This document shows positions 41,677 to 62,117 of a stretch of DNA of 64,000 nucleotides, piece by piece. This DNA comes from Amoebidium appalachense (Eukaryota > Protista > Ichthyosporea), in contig CAVNZM010000006.1 of NCBI GenBank assembly GCA_963693365.1, positions 2,108,001 to 2,172,000 on the forward strand, written 5' to 3'. The notes beneath the pieces were generated by a model, which did not search any database, was not told the origin of the DNA, and saw nothing but the letters and a program-made list of their open reading frames with translations. How positions within the stretch are numbered: position 1 is the stretch's first letter; the number at the start of each line of letters is the position of its first letter. The position numbers and the translations under genes were made by a program.

Positions 41677-41827
41677 TTCTATTGCGTGACAGAGTAAGAA
41701 GTACAAATTCACAACCGACAAAACAATGCAATTGGAAACCACTTTAAACTAAGCAGAGCTCATCCTCAGGGAGGGCCCAAGTCACACACAGTACCCCGGA
41801 GTTTCGACCAATCCACCCCGTGCACGT
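41677..41827 (-). mobile_element. Subfamily C copy (diverged)
   Basis: Retains GGTCGAAACTCC and CCCTCCCTGAGGATGAGCTCTGCTTA; ends in a C-run. Confidence 0.7.
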
Positions 41828-41905
41828 GGGGGTACAACATGGGGTGGGGGATTGTGTGTGTAGGTGGTTGGGGAAACGGGTGGCTAGGTGGGCAGATGGG
41901 TGGGG

Positions 41906-41953
<48 letters not shown>

Positions 41954-42555
41954 AGACTTGGGTGGGAGAACGGGTGGGTGGGTGGTGGAGGGACCGGGTT
42001 GATGGGTAGGTGGGTGGTTGAGTGGAGGGTGGAGGGGTGTGTGCATGTGTGTGTGTGTGTGTGTGTTTGTGCGTGTGTGTATGTGTGTGAGAGGGTGTGT
42101 GTGTGTATGTGTGTGTGGGGGGGGGGGGGAGGTGGGGGGAGGGGTAGGAGGGTGTTTCGATGGTGGGTGGGTGGGTGGGTGGGTGGAGGGCCGGGGGGGA
42201 GGAGGGGGGGGGGGGGGGGGGGGGGGGGAGGGCGGAGGGGAGGAGAAGGGGGGGGGGTGTTGAAAATTGGTGGGGAGATGGGTGGGAGGGTGTGGGAATC
42301 GCTTGGTGGTTGAGAGCATGGGGTAGGTGGACCAAAGGAGCAATACTTTGGAAGGTGCAATTTGTAGTCGGGTGGGGAAGTAGCTTGGGATGTGAGTGTG
42401 GGGTGGGTGGACGGGCGGGTGGGAAGGGGGTCAAAAGGGGAGGAATGGTGGGGAAAGGGTGGGTTGATGGTTAGGGGTTGCGAAGTGTGTCAACGGTTTA
42501 TGTGCATCTCCTAAACCTATAATGTTTAAAAACTGATGCGTTTGGGGCGTGAAGT

Positions 42556-42586
<31 letters not shown>

Positions 42587-42642
42587 AAGGTATGTGTGTG
42601 TGTGTGTGGGGTGGGGACAGGGGAAGAAGGGGCATCATTTAC

Positions 42643-42891
42643 TTTGCCTCTGGCTAGCGTCACTCCGAGGCCATCGAAGTAAGCCATCCAGCCTGCCTCC
42701 GTCAGTGTGCTGATGCTGATGCGCTCAAGTAAACACCTTGGGGACAGCCAGATTTAGGAACCCAAGTTTAAAGTTACACCACAGCAGGGTAGTGGTAGGG
42801 CGGGGGCAGCAGTAGTTGGCGGCATTTGTGCGTGTTAATAGTGTGTGTGTGTGCTCGGTGGTGGTGGTTGTGATCAAGAGGGGGGAGGGGG

Positions 42892-42927
<36 letters not shown>

Positions 42928-42960
42928 GGGATGGGGTACTGGGACGGCAGCAGTGGTAGT

Positions 42961-43014
<54 letters not shown>

Positions 43015-43300
43015 GGGGGGGGGGGGGGGGGGGGAGGGGGGAGGGGGGGGAGACATGCCTGTGTGTGTTTGTGTGTCAGTGAAAAGGATGAGGTCATGCA
43101 TGCTACAAGCACAATAGTCGTGCAATATGAATAAGGAAATGGTTCTAAGCACGGCCACAAGCGTCAGCACAGGCTCGATGTTCTCGTCCTAAATGAGCAT
43201 CCGCATGCACCTAGGCCGAAAAACTTGCGAAAAAACTTACCGATCTCTCATCTTCCAAAGAGCTATCATAGCCCCTCCTTGACAACTGTAGCAGCGTATT
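42643..43300 (-). other. Exon-like segments of an unidentified minus-strand transcript, possibly extending down to ~39800
   Basis: AG/GT-bounded open segment 42736-42643 (CLLERISISTLTEAGWMAYFDGLGVTLARGK, donor GTAAAT); donor GTAAGT at 43240; acceptor near 43189. No coherent ORF assembled. Confidence 0.25.
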
Positions 43301-44710
43301 CAATCGCGATCAAAAACTCGGGAAACTCCGTGTATAATAAAGCGGAGGCTTGTATTGACGTTCCAGGAGCGTGCAAATTAAAAGCATAAAGCTTACAGGG
43401 CCTAGAAGTGTGGCCTAAGCTCTTCCTTGTTTCCATATTTTCTATGCTTCACCCGAACCCCCTCCCCTCTCAGCTCATGTTTTTGTATATTCTGTTACCT
43501 CTTTCACTCCAAAGATTCTACTAACGAGCTGTGCCCACTTCTCTTGCACGCTTACACGGGCTCTGAACTATTATAGGCGGTGGGCTCAGCCAGCGACTAT
43601 AAAGCTACCAGCACTCCCCAAACAAAAACCAAAAAAAAATTGGGAGTCATGGTAACCATTTGAACGGGTGACCTTGTGTGCTTTTGAAGTTCGTCGCCAG
43701 CCGGCCTGCTGCAGCCTGCGCATGGCCTTACCCACCTCTCCTCTTGTCTTAACATGGCAAGTTTGCATAAAGACCCAGCTTGCCCTAGTAAAACAAACCA
43801 AATGATCCCCTCGCCCAGGCGTTTTAAATAACAAATCAGCATGCTTGACTTTAAATTTGAAGCTTTCCGATTTGTTAATACGGATTAACTACAAATTCAA
43901 GATTTGATTGGTTAATACGGCTTCATAGACCCGGGGGAGACGTCCCCGCAGCGTAGTAGGGCCGGCCCAGGCCACTTACGTAAGCCAGCGGGTACAAAGC
44001 CTTGGAGACTAACAGCTGCGTGTGTTTTGTGAACAAAAAAAAATCCAGCTGTTTCGGCATTTTTTTTGTTTTTGCTCAAAAAAAGGTCCATTTCAATTGG
44101 CCGATTCCGATTGGATAAGATCTGCTATTTCAGTTTATTGCTGGCCGGACGTGAGTATAATTTTTCGATATCGTAACCAAATGCTGGGTCGGACAAATAA
44201 TATATATATGTTTCACTAAATAATACATCCTAAAGAATTTTCCCCCCCAAGTATAGCTATTTCAAACTATAGAAACATGCTTCATTTTGTCGCCGAACAC
44301 CGATTCTGCCGGCAACGTTCTAAAAACGCGCTTAACCGGTATTACCTAGAAACCTACAGAGCTGGCTCAAATTGCATAAATTTCCAGGCTTGGAGCTGCA
44401 TTTGTCCACCAATCAAAGCCCATAGAGATGTTGCCTTTTATGGGTAACGGCGGGACAGGGCGCCGATTGCTTTCGCACAGTTTTTTCGTTTTCTTCGTTG
44501 AATTTTTCGTTTCAGCACTTCATGTGTTTATTAGAGGGAGAGGAGGGGTTCCGAGATGTTATGTGACGGAACGAAGTTATACATAGCACAGCACTACATA
44601 TAATATAACATTTTAGTTTTCTGTCTTTGCACAGGACTGCACCATTAGGCAGTGGCAGGAAATAATTCTTACACCTCCACCTACACAGAATTGGTTTAGA
44701 CCATTCCAAC

Positions 44711-45205
44711 ATGGAGCGCAATCTGGACAAGTGCCCGTATTACTCGCCCTTTTTTGGCGCCTTGGGCTGTGCCAGCGCCATGATTTTCAGTGCTCTGGGT
44801 GCAGCATATGGCACAGCGAAGTCCGGTGCAGGAATTGCCGGTATGTCTGTTAGCCGGCCCGATCTCATCATGAAGTCTATCGTCCCCGTGGTTATGGCTG
44901 GTATTATTGCCATTTATGGTCTGGTGGTTGCCGTGCTCATCGCCCAAGGAATGGACCCAGAGAAGTACTCATTTTTCAAAGGAATGAACGACCTTGCTGC
45001 CGGCTTGAGCGTCGGTTTTGCCGGGTTGGCGGCTGGATTCGCCATTGGAGTGGTTGGGGACTCTGGTGTGAGGGGCACCAGCCTGCAGCCAAAGCTCTTT
45101 GTGGGCATGATTCTGATTCTGATTTTCGCCGAGGTTTTGGGGCTGTACGGTATGATCGTGGCTCTCATCTTGTCATCGAAGAGCGGTGGCGAGTGCAATG
45201 TATAA
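44711..45205 (+). CDS. ATP6V0C: V-type H+-ATPase proteolipid subunit c (16 kDa), intronless CDS
   Basis: 164-aa ORF: [52 protein letters not shown], with the catalytic Glu in TM4. Confidence 0.96.
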   Translation: MERNLDKCPYYSPFFGALGCASAMIFSALGAAYGTAKSGAGIAGMSVSRPDLIMKSIVPVVMAGIIAIYGLVVAVLIAQGMDPEKYSFFKGMNDLAAGLSVGFAGLAAGFAIGVVGDSGVRGTSLQPKLFVGMILILIFAEVLGLYGMIVALILSSKSGGECNV

Positions 45206-45661
45206 GGTATGTGCACTGTTATATTTATTTATGCACTTTATGAAGCTTGCTCCTTGTTGACAGGTATAGTTATAAAGGAATTACAGTTTCGGAAGCATTC
45301 TGATAGGTGGGACACGAGCACGGTGACGGGGCCCTGTGGAGAGAAATGGGCTCTGTAGCATGCAGCCTGGCATCTGAGCGCTGTTGCGGGAGAAGCACCG
45401 GTGGGAAGTGTGAGATGGAAAAGCATACAAGATTTTTTTGGGGGGTGGGGGGGAGGGGGGGGGAGGGGGGGGGGGGGGGGGGTTGGGAATGGTTTTGTTG
45501 GGCCGAAAGAGTACCGAGGTGTGATGCTCTTTGTCTCTTAGGTCTCTTCTGTTCCTCTATTACTATGATGAGGGGAGGTTTTGGGTGTGTGGATGTGTTT
45601 AGCTTTTATTTGGTTGTTTTAGGGTTTTGTTTTGTATCTCTTTTTTTCCTTTTTTTTTTTT

Positions 45662-45702
<41 letters not shown>

Positions 45703-45831
45703 CGTTAGAATGCTCTGTAGCATGTGCATAGTCATACCATCCTCTTTCTCTGTCTCTCTCTCTCGGTGTGTGTGTGTGTGTGGGCTGTGTGTGTGTGTGT
45801 GTGTTCGTGTGTGTGTGTTTCTGTGTGTGTG

Positions 45832-45869
<38 letters not shown>

Positions 45870-46133
45870 TTTGTGTAGCTTCTTGCACTCCGCGCCTCCC
45901 ACTGCACACAATTTCTAGCCCTGTCCACAGGCAGTGCAAGAGAAAGATGTCCGGATAGGCCTTTTTGCCTCTCCCCCATTTTTTTAACCACCCTGGGGGG
46001 ATGGGGGTTGAGATAATATGAAGAAGGGATATACATAAGGAAAAGAGGACGGGGGGGAGGAGACGGGGATTACAGTGGAACACGAAGCGCCTGATCAGCC
46101 TTTCATGGGTGTGAGGTAGAAGGGGAGGAGGGC

Positions 46134-46168
<35 letters not shown>

Positions 46169-46221
46169 TGGATATGACTGTGTGGAATATGGATGATGCA
46201 TAAAGCAGGATTCATGTTTGT

Positions 46222-46252
<31 letters not shown>

Positions 46253-46592
46253 GGGGGGGGAGGGGGGGGGGAGGGGGGGGGGGGAGGTTGGCTGTGTGGG
46301 TGTGTTCGTGGGACACAGGAATGTTGACGGGTAGCAGTTGGTGTGGGTAAGTGTCTGGGCACCTCTGGAGAGACTAAAAGGGGGGGGGGGGGGGGGAGGG
46401 ATCGATCGGACGTGTGGAAGCAAGTGAAAAGGTGCTCTCTTTTGCATCTTTAAGGTCGCTAATATCCCTGCACCCGATATATGTTTTTATGGCGTCCCAA
46501 TGCATGTTGTGCATGATGCATGGTGTTGGTATTTGTGCCAGAAAGTGTTTTTCATTGTTTATCCCCCATACTTGTTAACTTACCTCTGGCTA

Positions 46593-46634
<42 letters not shown>

Positions 46635-47095
46635 ACCCCCCACCCCCGGACTCCACGCGCCCACACACACATACACACACACACACACACACACAGGCGC
46701 GCACACGCACACACACGTATTCTCCCCCTCTGTCTGCCAGTCTCTGTCACGCACACTCTCCCCTCCCCCCCACCTCCCACACCACCTCTCTCTCCGCCTC
46801 TCTCTTCCCCCCCCCCCCCCCCAAACTCTCTCCTTTAGTCTCTTGCCTGTGTCCCTCCCTATGTACACTCACACTCACACACATACCTGCCTCGGTCCAG
46901 TGTTCACAGTTTAATTCTTTTGTGCTCCCCGTTCTCAGGTTGTTATCATCAAAACACCTCCACAACATATAACCTGCAGATACACAAGATGCCGCACCAA
47001 AGTCTGCCCATTCAACAAGCGACACCACAAGAAATTCCATCATCCCACCTGTTGTAGTAGCGTCATTTCGGAGTATCAACATGAAATAAATATGG

Positions 47096-47227
47096 TTAAA
47101 GTTCGGGCTTTACGGTGTATTCTTGCTTGCAAGACCTGCTGTTTCGTTGTTTCTGATCTGTGCGTGATTCTCGTGACTGTGTGAAGTCCCGGGGCCCTGT
47201 GTGGATGCTGTTTGGTCCCCCCCCCCC

Positions 47228-47258
<31 letters not shown>

Positions 47259-48094
47259 ACACACACGCACGCACGCGCGCGCGCACACACACACACACAC
47301 ATACGCACGCACACACACGCACACGCACACATGCTTACCACACGTACACATACACTACCATCACAACCGCTGCAACTTCCTCCCAGAAACCTGTCACCCG
47401 AGTCTCGAAACATATTCATCCCCATTCTTCCTGCAACTTCAAGATTGTGGCAGGAACATTGCACTTTAAAAGCATAATACTCCTTGTTGTATGTCTGTGC
47501 AAGCAACCATATGCATGTTCCTCTGATCAAGACAAGTACTCTCCTAGGGCAAGGAAAGAAGACAGTCGAGTTTATGGGGGGATAATCTATAACCCATTCC
47601 AAAGAGCTGGAGAGAGAGAGGGGGGTAGAGGGAGGGAGCGAGATAGAGAGATAGAGAGAGAGAGGGAGAGAGATGGGGTGTATAATTTTTGATCCAGCAA
47701 AACTCCAAAATCTTACATGTAACAAGCACTCACCATCGGAACCATTCGAATCAGATTTGTACAGGGGGGAGGTTCAAGGGGCATGTCTCGGATATCGCTC
47801 CAAAGTGATTAATCAATATTGGCTTCTCCTATATATGGCATGTTGAATTCCGTTTCCGGACTTGCCTTAAAAGGGACTCCTGGTTGTTTTCCTACAGAAT
47901 CTGAAGCGAGTCTGTGTGTGTGCTGCATACAGACACCGTGGTGTGCGAGTGTATGTTCGTATGTGTACATGCATGATGTTCCAATCATGCTCGTCTGTGT
48001 GTGTCTATATGCATAATATGCAGTGTGTGGGCGGGCACACACGCGTCAGGCGGCACGGATGTGTATGTGCACACGGCACGTGTGTGTGTGTGTG

Positions 48095-48129
<35 letters not shown>

Positions 48130-48254
48130 TGGCCCGTGTGGCAATGGTGTGTGGTATTGAATGCAAAGGGCACTGTGACACCCCGTGATGTGCGATGTCA
48201 CATGCTTCGAATTTCCACCGACCCTTGCACACCACACACACACACACACATACA

Positions 48255-48316
<62 letters not shown>

Positions 48317-49331
48317 GCTTAAGTACTCGTACGTACATACATATACTCGCTGAACTAACATGTGCACACATACCCATACACACACACACGCACCCGCACA
48401 CACACACACACATGTCAGTGCACGTGCACACACTTTTTAGTACACCGTGTATTAACGCGGCTGATTGAAGTCGAACATTTTCTTTGCAGCGCTAGCTATA
48501 GCTGCCCGCCTTCCTTCGATTTCAGCCCGATGACCTATGTGCATCGATACCATGGCCATAATGCCGACGATACTGGCCCACACCATCGGCCAGCAAGCTT
48601 TTGAACATCCCCTCATAGTACTGTATGTACGTATACAATGTGCACGTCCTGCACGGCCTGTACCTGCATTCACAATTGCACATGGAATGTTAACACAGGA
48701 ACACGGTTCGTGTGGGGCCGAGACCCATACCCATTTTATTGCTCTCTGTTTGCCTTGCAATTTTGAACAAAATGATTATGGGTCACATTTAGCATAGCAT
48801 TTTGCACATATATAGTACGCCGTGGCCTTGCCACCAGCCTAAAGGAGCACTTGGCACCGTTTAACTCCGGTAAATAATGTACACCACTGCTGTAGCATAT
48901 TTCTATATTTTTAAACAGCACCGCTGTACTGTATGCGTTCAGCTACGCATATAGTACACAGCACAGCAGCACCCAATATCTAATAATTAGAATCATTGCA
49001 ATGGCCAAATTGAATGTTTAATAGCTGGTTAGAGAAGCCTTTAGGTATATAAAAATCAAAAACAAAAAAAGTAGGAATATTGACCACAAAAGGGCAGATA
49101 TTGTGCCCACAAACAACAACACAGCTATAATTACATATGGAATGTGGCACGCAATCATAATCGTAGTATTTGACTGGATTAATTTTGCCTAAGCTGAAAG
49201 TCTTACTGCATGAAATCAATAGGGAAAATGCTTAATATAGAAAGGATTGTTACAAGGCACTCCATAGTTCAAGCCAGCACTGAGTTATCCAGCACAAGGC
49301 ACACAGCACAGTTCACTCTCTGGCCCATCTA

Positions 49332-49374
<43 letters not shown>

Positions 49375-49652
49375 CAAAAAAAATAAAATAAAATAATAAT
49401 ATAATAAAAAAATAAACCAACCAACCAATATATATAAAAAAAAATTGGCGACTTGCTTGTCTTTCCTTTTTGCACAGGCACACCAGTCAATCATCAGTTG
49501 CTGCTGCCTGGCAGCGGACTCGTGTTCATGACCTGGAGCATATTGGGTGAGTGAGAGAGAGGGAGAGGGAAGGAGAGGGTGGGAGAGACGGAGAGAAAGA
49601 GGGGGATAGGTAGACAGATGGGGGGGGGGGGGGGGGGGGGGAGGGGGGGGCA

Positions 49653-49719
<67 letters not shown>

Positions 49720-50081
49720 GTGTCACACACACCAGCCACACCCACACCCACACACGGGCACACACACAACCGCACACCCACATCCACATCCACACCCACC
49801 TTTACACACACGGTGACCCACACCCACCCACACCCACACCCACACCCACACCCACACACGTAGAGGGAGAACAGTGTTTCGGGCGGGACGAGTGAGGGGG
49901 GAGAGGGGAGGTTGAGGGAGAGGGGTGAGGGAGGGGGCAGGCACATTGTGCAATACAGTCACTATGATATAGATGTACATGGTCTGAAGATTAGTAATTC
50001 GTTCTTTGGACCAGAGGAAAGCTGGAAGAGGGGGGGGGGGGGGGGGGGGGAGGAGAGAGAGAGGGGGGGGGGGGGGGGGGG

Positions 50082-50130
<49 letters not shown>

Positions 50131-50797
50131 GGAGAGAGAGGAGAGGGAGGGCAATGCATTAGAGGGTTAAAGACCAGGAAGAGACATCAAAAGACATTAT
50201 AACAGACTATAAAGCAAAACACAAGACTGGACTCAAGCGACACGGAAGGGCCGATTGAAAGAGAGAGAGCGCTGGGGGGGGGGGGGGGGGAGGGGGGAGG
50301 GGGGGGAGGGGGGGGAGGGGGGGGACGAGGGAGAGGGAGGGAGGGAGGGAGGCAGGGTATAAAGGGAGGAGGTACAGCAGGGAGGGAGGTGTTACAGGAG
50401 GGAGAGATGCAGGGAGGGGGAACGTTGAGAAAGAGAGTGGGAAGGGGAAGGGAGGGGGGAATGGGGAAGGGGGGTCAATCTACGATGACCGGCACCATAT
50501 AGCGGTCGCGACCTCCTGGCCCCACAAACACACACACCGTGTGAACAGTATCCATGAAATTTCTTTACTGGAGATATACTATAAATATACCATGTAGCTC
50601 ATAACATGGTCATAATGCCAAAATTGGGCACGTCCTGCAATCAAATCTACTGAATTACCAAATCATTATCTGCAAGCACTGCTTGAGGGGGCACCCAGAG
50701 GAACCCCCACAGTTTGAGTAGAAACAACCAAACTATGGCACACGGCCCATTCTAAGAACCATATCTGATTCAGGATCAACTCGTGGATAATGATAAT

Positions 50798-50860
<63 letters not shown>

Positions 50861-51240
50861 AAAAAAAAAGAAAGAAAAAAACATCCAGCCAGCAATCCAC
50901 CCACCAACACAAAGGACATCATAACAAATAGGCAGAGGACCAATAGGCAAATCAACTATCAATCTCTCGTTTGAGAACAGTCGCCATTTCTTACCGCTTT
51001 TCTAACCACTTTGAAAAAACTGCTCATATCATAACTGTGTGTCAAAGGTTGTGGTGGGAAGCAACGAGGTGCATCATTGCCATTGGTTCGGTACAGACCT
51101 ACTGAACGTAACCGTTGAGTCAATCCCCGAGCATCCCCTGTAAGTTAAAAAAGTTGCAGGGTCAGTCTTCGTACGGGCAGATTTAAATCCCATTAGTTTC
51201 CCCCCTTCCCCCTTCCCCCTTCCCCTCCCCCAATGTGTGT

Positions 51241-51303
<63 letters not shown>

Positions 51304-51464
51304 CGCGCGAGCATGTGTATGTATGTGTGTGTGTGTTTGTGTGTGCATGCATGTCGGTGCTTGATGGATGGGTTGGTTGTACATTATTTGGGGTTGGAGA
51401 TTGGAGGCTGGGCAAGTTCTCATTTTTATTACTTTTTGGGTTGGTGGTTGTTGGTGGGTGGGTG

Positions 51465-51526
<62 letters not shown>

Positions 51527-51578
51527 TGGTGGTGGTGGTGGTGGTGGTGGTGGTGGTTGGCGGGGGTTGGGTGGGTGG

Positions 51579-51622
<44 letters not shown>

Positions 51623-52549
51623 AATGCACCATTGTAGTCTCTACTTGAGCGGTGCCGTTCTTCCCTTGCGCGCTGCACTGGCAGCAAGCCCCCCACGCTT
51701 GGCCTGCCGTCCAATCTGCATACCAACAACAATGTGAGCATGGGCATAAAGGAGCTTAATCTTGTCACCCAATTGGAATGCTTGGTTTGGGTAGGATACT
51801 CATGAATGATTTGCTCTGCGATATGTAAGATAAAGGGTGTAAGCACCTAAGTAGACTATGTTCTTCTTGTCCAAACTACTATCAACACTGGATCTCCGTT
51901 GTTTCATTCACTCGGTAGGTCCGCTTACTCCCTAAAGGAGGGTTCTTTTAGGCCGATTCATTGGTCACTTTCATTGTATTCGGGTCTGACCCGACCGAAT
52001 TTAAAAAAACCCCCTTTAAAGACACGACTCTCCCATGCCTAGTTTCAGACTTTTTGCCCCCTCGTGCACACCCGTGTGGTCGAACCCTAGCCTCCCCCCC
52101 CCCCCCCCCCCCCCCCCACCCGCACTCACACACCACCCCCATCCCCCTCACTTGCCTCATCTTTACAGGCAACCCACGAAGACAACCCCCCCCCCTCCCC
52201 CCCCCCATCCTCCTCCTATCTCCCCCCTCCCCTCCTCACCCTACCTCTTTCCTCCCTTGCTTTCCAAATATGCCTTTTTGTCCCCCACCCACCCAAGCCA
52301 CCACCACGTTTCCCTCAACCGCACACCCACTCGTTTTACATTCGACACCCACCCACATGTGCACACACACACACGCAGACGGCAGGCGCACAAGGTGCAT
52401 GCACACTGATAAACCGCTTTGCATCATGCCCCTTGCCCCTATTCCATTAACCACAGAACCCCTCACACACTGCAACGCGATTTGCGGTGTGGTGCGTAAT
52501 CCGCTGTAACCCACCTCTGAGTGTCCCTTCTTGCCTGACCCGTAGCCAT
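47096..52549 (-). CDS. Probable 3' exons of the Tudor/PHD gene (or a separate gene); model uncertain
   Basis: AG/GT-bounded open segments at 52549-52515, 51715-51630, 51137-50995, ~49531-49483, ~47493-47358 ([19 protein letters not shown]..) and 47157-47096 (ends in stop). Phases only partly reconciled. Confidence 0.35.
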
Positions 52550-52942
52550 CTGTGACATATACCCAATCAGCACGTGTTTTGTTCCTAGGGGGGGAAAAAA
52601 GCGGGGGGATTGGGGGGGGGGGGGGGGGGGAAGAAGAAAGAAAGAAAGAATGAAAGAATTATCCCCTCCCAACACCTTCCATTCAGTACCCTTCAACTGC
52701 TACATAAAGCCACTTGCCGTGACATAGCAAAACAACAGGATACTTCATTCCCTCCAATACAAATCTCAGCTCACACTTAACCTATATCCATGGTTCCTAC
52801 AACGGACCATTGTGCCTTTCTGTAAAAGACGTTCTCAAACAGGCATGAGAACGCGTAGAGACATACAAGGTGAGGAGGAGAACGAGGAGAACGACGAGGG
52901 AGAGGGGGGAGGGGGGGGGAGGGGGGGGGGAGGGGGGGGGGG

Positions 52943-53200
52943 TAAGAATGTGTTGCAGAGTACGTATTGTGCTTTCATGACCGGCAACACAATGCAAGGC
53001 GCAAGATATACATAAAGAGTATGCATCATAAACAGGGGGGGGGGGGGGGGAGTGATGTATGCGTTAGAGGGTTGGAAATATGGAGGAGACAACAAAGAGC
53101 AACAACAAAACGTCATAAAAGTGGGAAATCCAAAATCAAACAATATAAGCGTGCAGGCAGAAGGCACTTGAACAGAGCCCATCATCAGGGGGGTTCCTAT
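52943..53200 (-). mobile_element. Stacked subfamily E (52943-53034) and D (53051-~53200) fragments
   Basis: The D fragment contains CCCCTGATGATGGGCTCTG and is repeated at 54025-54136. The E fragment resembles 635-716, 35911-36000, 54834-54938, 56568-56695 and 26171-26242(+). Confidence 0.65.
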
Positions 53201-53760
53201 GCTTCCACAAAAGCATGGGTTACGACTCTTTGGGGGGAAGGGGGGAAGGATTTAGTAGTGTCAACTTATAGTTTGCATTGAAATGGGGTATTCATGAGTG
53301 GCACTCACGAGCCATTCAGATGTGATTTGGCATGTAGGCAGGTTGGATGACGAGACAAGTGTGTGTATGTGTGTGGCGCAAGGGCATGTGTGTGTTTGTG
53401 TGTGTGTGTGCTTGCTTGTGAGTGCGTGTTTGTGTATGTGTGCTCGTGCTTTTGTGTATGTGTGTGGTGTGTGTCCGTGTCCGTGTGCCTGTGCGTGCAC
53501 AATTGTTTGCTTGTGCGCGTGTGCGTGTGTGTATGTGTGTGTGTGCTTGTGTGTGTGTGACCGCGCATGTGTGCGTGTGAGCACGTGTGTATATATGTGT
53601 GCGTTTGCTTGTGCACGTGCGAGTGTGAGCACGTGTACATATGCGTGTGAGTGTGAGTGTGAGTGTGAGTGTGAGTGTGAGTGTGAGTGTGTGTGTATGT
53701 GTATGTGAGAGCACGTGTGCGTGTACACGTGTGTTTGTGTATATTTTTCAGGTGACGTAC

Positions 53761-60162
<6,402 letters not shown>

Positions 60163-62069
60163 TTTCATGTGTGATGGAAAGATAATAAAGGGCTTTGATA
60201 ACCTAAAAAGGAGGGACTGATGGGGATTGGGGATTGATGAGTTCGACTAAGTAGTTTTAGATTGTCAAGAACTAACAGACTTGGTAATACATATATGTGT
60301 CACTAATTCTTATAAAGCTTACAAGAGCATGAAAGACAGGGTCGTCATGTATAGATAACGAACGAAAACCATGCACCCAGAGTATTTGATCCTCATTGAG
60401 TATGGCTTTTTCTCCACTAATAATGAAAAAAAGGTGTGTTGTCCAGCAAGCAAAACCCCTACCCGTTCCAATATTTATACCTCACGATACAGTTAGTTCC
60501 GATGTATGTTTTTCTTCAATTATCCTCTCCCTGTCTGTGCCCCTCTTTTTCGGCGGCTACCACAAACAGGATTGTTCCAAAAACCGTCCCGGCCGGCGGA
60601 CCCGCCTTTTCCAGCCAGCCAATGATCTTTAGCTCCTTGCGCAAACGTAGTCTGCATGTGTTACGTCATTCTTGTCTAACCAGCTCTCATACTTCGGCTT
60701 ATCATCTTTGTTCATTGAGTGAACTCTGGATCTTCCGATAGACTACTGAAGACAGGTCGATCAAGGCGGAACCGTCGGACAGGCAAGGCAGCAAGGCCTC
60801 CTTATCACCCGGGCCTGGAAACGGAAACGTCACGATCTGAAGCTGAAATCCGGGTCAGGCCGGAGTAGGCCTGACCCGAAATGATGTCTGCACCCGGCCT
60901 GTTCCGAAAATAGCATCAGAAATTAGAAGCCTCTTCCACAAATAGTAACAGGCCGGTTTTGGCGGGAATATTAGCCAATCGCCGCTTCGACTTTTCAGCT
61001 GTTTTTCACGTTTTACTTTTGTGTTTCGTTGCCTTTCATGTTTCGTTGGTGTATATGCCGATGGCGCATACGTGTAAAAGCTTGAATATTAATGCTTTTA
61101 TTCTTATGACAGAGACCCCAAATACATTTGTATTCCATAAACTCATTTCTTTGTGAAGGTTTTTTGAGTCTCGAGTGGTAGAAATGTCAGCTCACTCAAG
61201 TCAGTGTGGTGTTTGCGGCTGCCAGCCCAACTTCGCCTCTGAGCCCGGACGGGCAAGAACGATGTGCTCGTGTACAAGTGGTTTGAACCTCTTATCAACA
61301 AACACACGTAAAGTGGGTGGCGGGTTGTAGACACGTTAAGATAAAACCCTCATCGCAAAGGGGGGAGGGGTCACCGGGGGTGGCAGCAGGAAGAAACTGA
61401 ACCACTGAGAGCCTCCCCGCCCCCCCCCCCCACCCCCACCACCTCCACATTAACAGGGAGAAGGGTGCCAGGGTGCTTGGTTAGTGTGTCTCCCCCTTCT
61501 TACCTTCTCCAGTTAAGCGTGCGGTTTGCTGTTTACGAGCCCCACCGCATCTCTCATTGCCGGTCATGTGTCCCCTCTTCCAAAACCTTATCTTTTTGTC
61601 TCTCCGTCCTCCCTTCCCACACCTCAAGCTAACAACTTTTTCTTCACATATTCGCGATGAGCAAACTTCAATATTATTCTAGCAAAAACTTATTCGTGCT
61701 CATGGTGTGTATGTCTGTGCGCGGGGCGTTGGTATGTGTTTGTGTGTGTGACTCACAGTGTATGCGGGCGCTTTGTGTGGGCGTGTGTATGTGCTACTTG
61801 AACTACTTAGGTGTGCGTACGTGTTTGGGTGTTGTCAATGTAGTGTACTTTGTGTGCGCGCGTGCGAGCTCACTGCGTTTGTGTCTTCCTGAACTCGAAG
61901 GTTGTGTGTGTCCGGCGTGGGCATGTGTCGTTTCACAATCTCTTACTCGCTAGCGCTTTACTCAATAGGTACTGAAAGTGAGAGCATATGCACGTGTATT
62001 TGTTTGCGGAGTATGTGTGTGCCGGCATGGCAGCCGAAGCCTCTGGTGCTCAGCTGCCCCCTTCCCCCG

Positions 62070-62117
<48 letters not shown>

